From assembly GCA_964016885.1 (NCBI GenBank), contig OZ024748.1, positions 11,160,001 through 11,224,000 on the forward strand: a stretch of DNA of 64,000 nucleotides, given 5' to 3'. The stretch's first letter is position 1; every line of letters begins with the position of its first letter. Shown piece by piece: positions 60,732 to 64,000 of the stretch. The notes below the pieces were generated by a model. That model had not been told where the DNA came from. It was given only the letters and a program-made list of their open reading frames with translations, and did not search any database. The translations under genes and the position numbers were made by a program. The DNA is from Eledone cirrhosa. Its lineage: Eukaryota.

Positions 60732-61963
60732 GTGCTTTATATTTGAAGTTTATTCCTTATAGCTTGAAATTAATTACCTTAAAATCTTGCTTACTTTTGT
60801 TTGGTCTCCGAAATTTATTCACTCAGAGGTTGGCAATTAAAACCTATTTCCCCTGTCCTATAAAATTTAGGAACTCAATATAACGTAATTTGTGATAAAA
60901 TAAAATATTTAACAATTTCTTTGATGGAACATCGACTGTAAAACATGTAGATCGAGTTATGTTATCCACAAATATCCACGTTCACCCTAGCAAAAGATAA
61001 TTACAACAAATGTATAATTATTATAATTAGATTAATTAAAGATATAAAGATAAAATATAAACGGTGTCGTCACTAATTTTCTCTTGCAAAAATTACACCG
61101 GTGACTTAAGTTAAAAGTCCCTGGCATAATTTAATACAGTGAGAAGCACGTTCATAGCAAATTAATTAGTATTACGAAATAGTTTTCAGCAGGTCTTTGC
61201 CTTATAGTTTAATCGTAAGTAACAGTGATAGAAATAAATGGATTTAATGATGTGAAGTATGAGTTCTACGGATGGCCTTTGTGATCAAGAGGTGTAAACC
61301 ATAGGAATGGGAAACAAGATCACTCATTGGAGGAGAAAAAAAAAAACAATAGGAGGACAACTAGGAGTCATGGCCTAGGTGGGCCCAGACCCTTTAAAGT
61401 GGAAATTCTCAAAATTGTTGCCTCCCCCCCCAATCACAGCCACATAATACCCTCGATGCCCCTATTTTCAGAGAGACCTGCCTACATTTTATTTATTATA
61501 TAATAAAATCGTTAATTTATATATAATTGTTTCTACTTTAGGCACAATTACCCAGTGCATTACTGGTACTTTATTTTATCGACCCCGTAAGGATGAAAGG
61601 CAAAGTCAACTTATATATAATAAATAGTATGATATATACTATGTATAAATAGATATGTTTTATTTTACTATATTTATATATAATATGTATCATTTGATAT
61701 TTAATATACTATTATATCATCTCTACCGACCCTCCACTGACTCCTTAGGCCCCAGTGCCTCCCAGGATCTTCTCCCCCTCCCCCAGGGGATGGTAGCGCC
61801 CACTTTGAGAACCTCTGCTTTAGTAGGAGGAATCATGGTGCCCGAAACATTTCTTTGTTGATGAGAATTCTTCTCTGAAGAGCCTCCTGCAGTCCACTGA
61901 CCCCATCATGAGTTTCTACCTACTAGGGTTGACAACATTGTAGCTTTTGACGGGAAAAACTGA

Positions 61964-62610
61964 TAATAGTAGTTGAGATATGTTTAGTAGTGAGGGATTG
62001 TGTGAGGTGTAATAGTAGTTGAGATATGTTTAGTAGTGAGGGATTGTGTGAGGTGTAATTGTAGTTGAGATATGTTTAGTAGTGAGGGATTGTGTGAGGT
62101 GTAATTGTAGTTGAGATATGTTTAGTAGTGAGGGATTGTGTGAGGTGTAAGAGTAGCTGAGATATGTTTAGTAGTGAGGGATTGTGTGAGGTGTAATAGT
62201 AGTTGAGATATGTTTAGTAGTGAGGGATTGTGTGAGGTGTAATAGTAGTTGACATATGTTTAGTAGTGAGGGATTGTGTGAGGTGTAATAGTAGTTGAGA
62301 TATGTTTAGTAGTGAGGGATTGTGTGAGGTGTAATTGTAGTTGAGATATGTTTAGTAGTGAGGGATTGTGTGAGGTGTAATAGTAGTTGAGATATGTTTA
62401 GTAGTGAGGGATTGTGTGCGGTGTAATAGTAGTTGAGATATGTTTAGTAGTGGGGGATTGTGTGAGGTGTAATAGTAGCTGAGATATGTTTAGTAGTGAG
62501 GGATTGTGTGAGGTGTAATAGTAGTTGAGATATGTTTAGTAGTGATGGATTGTGTGAGGTGTAATAGTAGTTGAGATATGTTTAGTAGTGAGGGATTGTG
62601 TGAGGTGTAA
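61964..62610. repeat. 46-bp minisatellite, ~14 copies
   Basis: Unit TAATAGTAGTTGAGATATGTTTAGTAGTGAGGGATTGTGTGAGGTG. Confidence 0.95.
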
Positions 62611-62689
62611 ATACTTTGGTTTCAATTCATTGTCATCCAGCATAAGCATGTTATGTTAGGCTGATTGTTTCAGTTATTTTTCTATATAT

Positions 62690-64000
62690 CCTATATGACA
62701 TATATAGTGTGGCTATAGTAACACTTCTATGACATATATAGTGAGGCTACAGTAATACTTCTATTGCAGATATAGTGTGGCTATAGTAACACTTCTATGA
62801 CATATATAGTGTGGCTATAGTAACACTTCTATGACATATATAGTGTGGCTATAGTAACACTTCTATGACATATATAGTGTGGCTATAGTAATACTTCTAT
62901 TGCAGATATAGTGTGGCTATAGTAACACTTCTATGACATATATAGTGAGGCTATAGTAATACTTCTATGGCAGATATAGAGTTGTTATAGTAACACTTCT
63001 ATGACATATATAGTGAGGCTATAGTAACACTTCTATGACATATATAGTGAGGCTATAGTAACACTTCTATGACATATATAGTGTGGCTATAGTAATACTT
63101 CTATGACATATATAGTGAGGCTATAGTAACACTTCTATGGCAGATATAGAGTTGTTATAGTAATAATTCTATGGCAGATATAGTGAGGCTATAGTAATAC
63201 TTCTATGACATATATAGTGATGCTATAGTAATAATTCTATGGCAGATATAGAGTGGCTATAGTAATACTTCTATTGCAGATATAGTGTGGTTATAGTAGC
63301 ACTTCTATGACATATATAGTGAGGCTATAGTAATACTTCTATGGCAGATATAGAGTTGTTATAGTAACACTTCTATGTCATATATAGTGAGGCTATAGTA
63401 ACACTTCTATGGCAGATATAGTGAGGCTATAGTAATACTTCTATGACATATATAGTGTGGCTATAGTAATACTTCTATATATCCTGTATGACATATAGTG
63501 TGGCTATAGTAATACTTCTATGGCAGATATAGAGTTGTTATAGTAACACTTCTATGTCATATATAGTGAGGCGATAGTAACACTTCTATGGCAAATATAG
63601 AGTTGTTATAGTAATAATTCTATGGCAGATATAGTGAGGCTATAGTAATACTTCTACGGCATATATAGTGAGGCTATAGTAATACTTCTATGGCAGATAT
63701 AGAGTGGTTATAGTAATACTTCTATGGCAGTATAGAGTGGCTATAGTATACTTCTATGGCAGATATAGTGTGGCTATAGTAATACTTCTATGGCAGATAT
63801 AGTGAGGCTATAGTAACACTTCTATGACATATATAGTGAGGCTATAGTAACACTTCTATGACATATATAGTGAGGCTATAGTAATACTTCTATATATCCT
63901 GTATGACATATAGTGTGGCTATAGTAATACTTCTATGGCAGATATAGTGTGGGCTATAGTAACACTTCTATGACATATATAGTGAGGCTATAGTAACACT
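62690..64000. repeat. 34-bp minisatellite, running off the window end
   Basis: Unit CTATGACATATATAGTGTGGCTATAGTAACACTT with variants. Confidence 0.95.

Noticed and set aside
61964-64000. CRISPR-like arrays
   Set aside because: Head-to-tail units without unique spacers, no cas genes, and a eukaryotic context.

Overview
AT-rich, microsatellite-saturated eukaryotic DNA. The repeat families and the clustered single-exon C2H2 zinc-finger genes suggest an octopod cephalopod (inference). Host genes are three C2H2 zinc-finger loci, two of which are frameshifted paralogs in a large inverted duplication (~46.85-61.15 kb), and one intact tRNA-Gln(TTG). The rest is repeats: tRNA-derived SINEs, RTE and CR1 LINE fragments, a non-coding LTR element, mariner/hAT/Helitron remnants, minisatellites, and three long-unit tandem arrays (679, 633, 466 bp). 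Most ORFs in the track are microsatellite translations. The main unexpected signal is a set of type I hammerhead ribozyme (HHR) motifs in non-coding elements embedded in (TA)n tracts, usually as tandem or fold-back copies, as in Penelope-like elements (PLEs) and retrozymes. One family is unusual: its stem II carries an ~80-nt multibranched insertion with a predicted pseudoknot, and it shows covarying base pairs across three diverged copies. All RNA structures were derived by eye and none has been tested.
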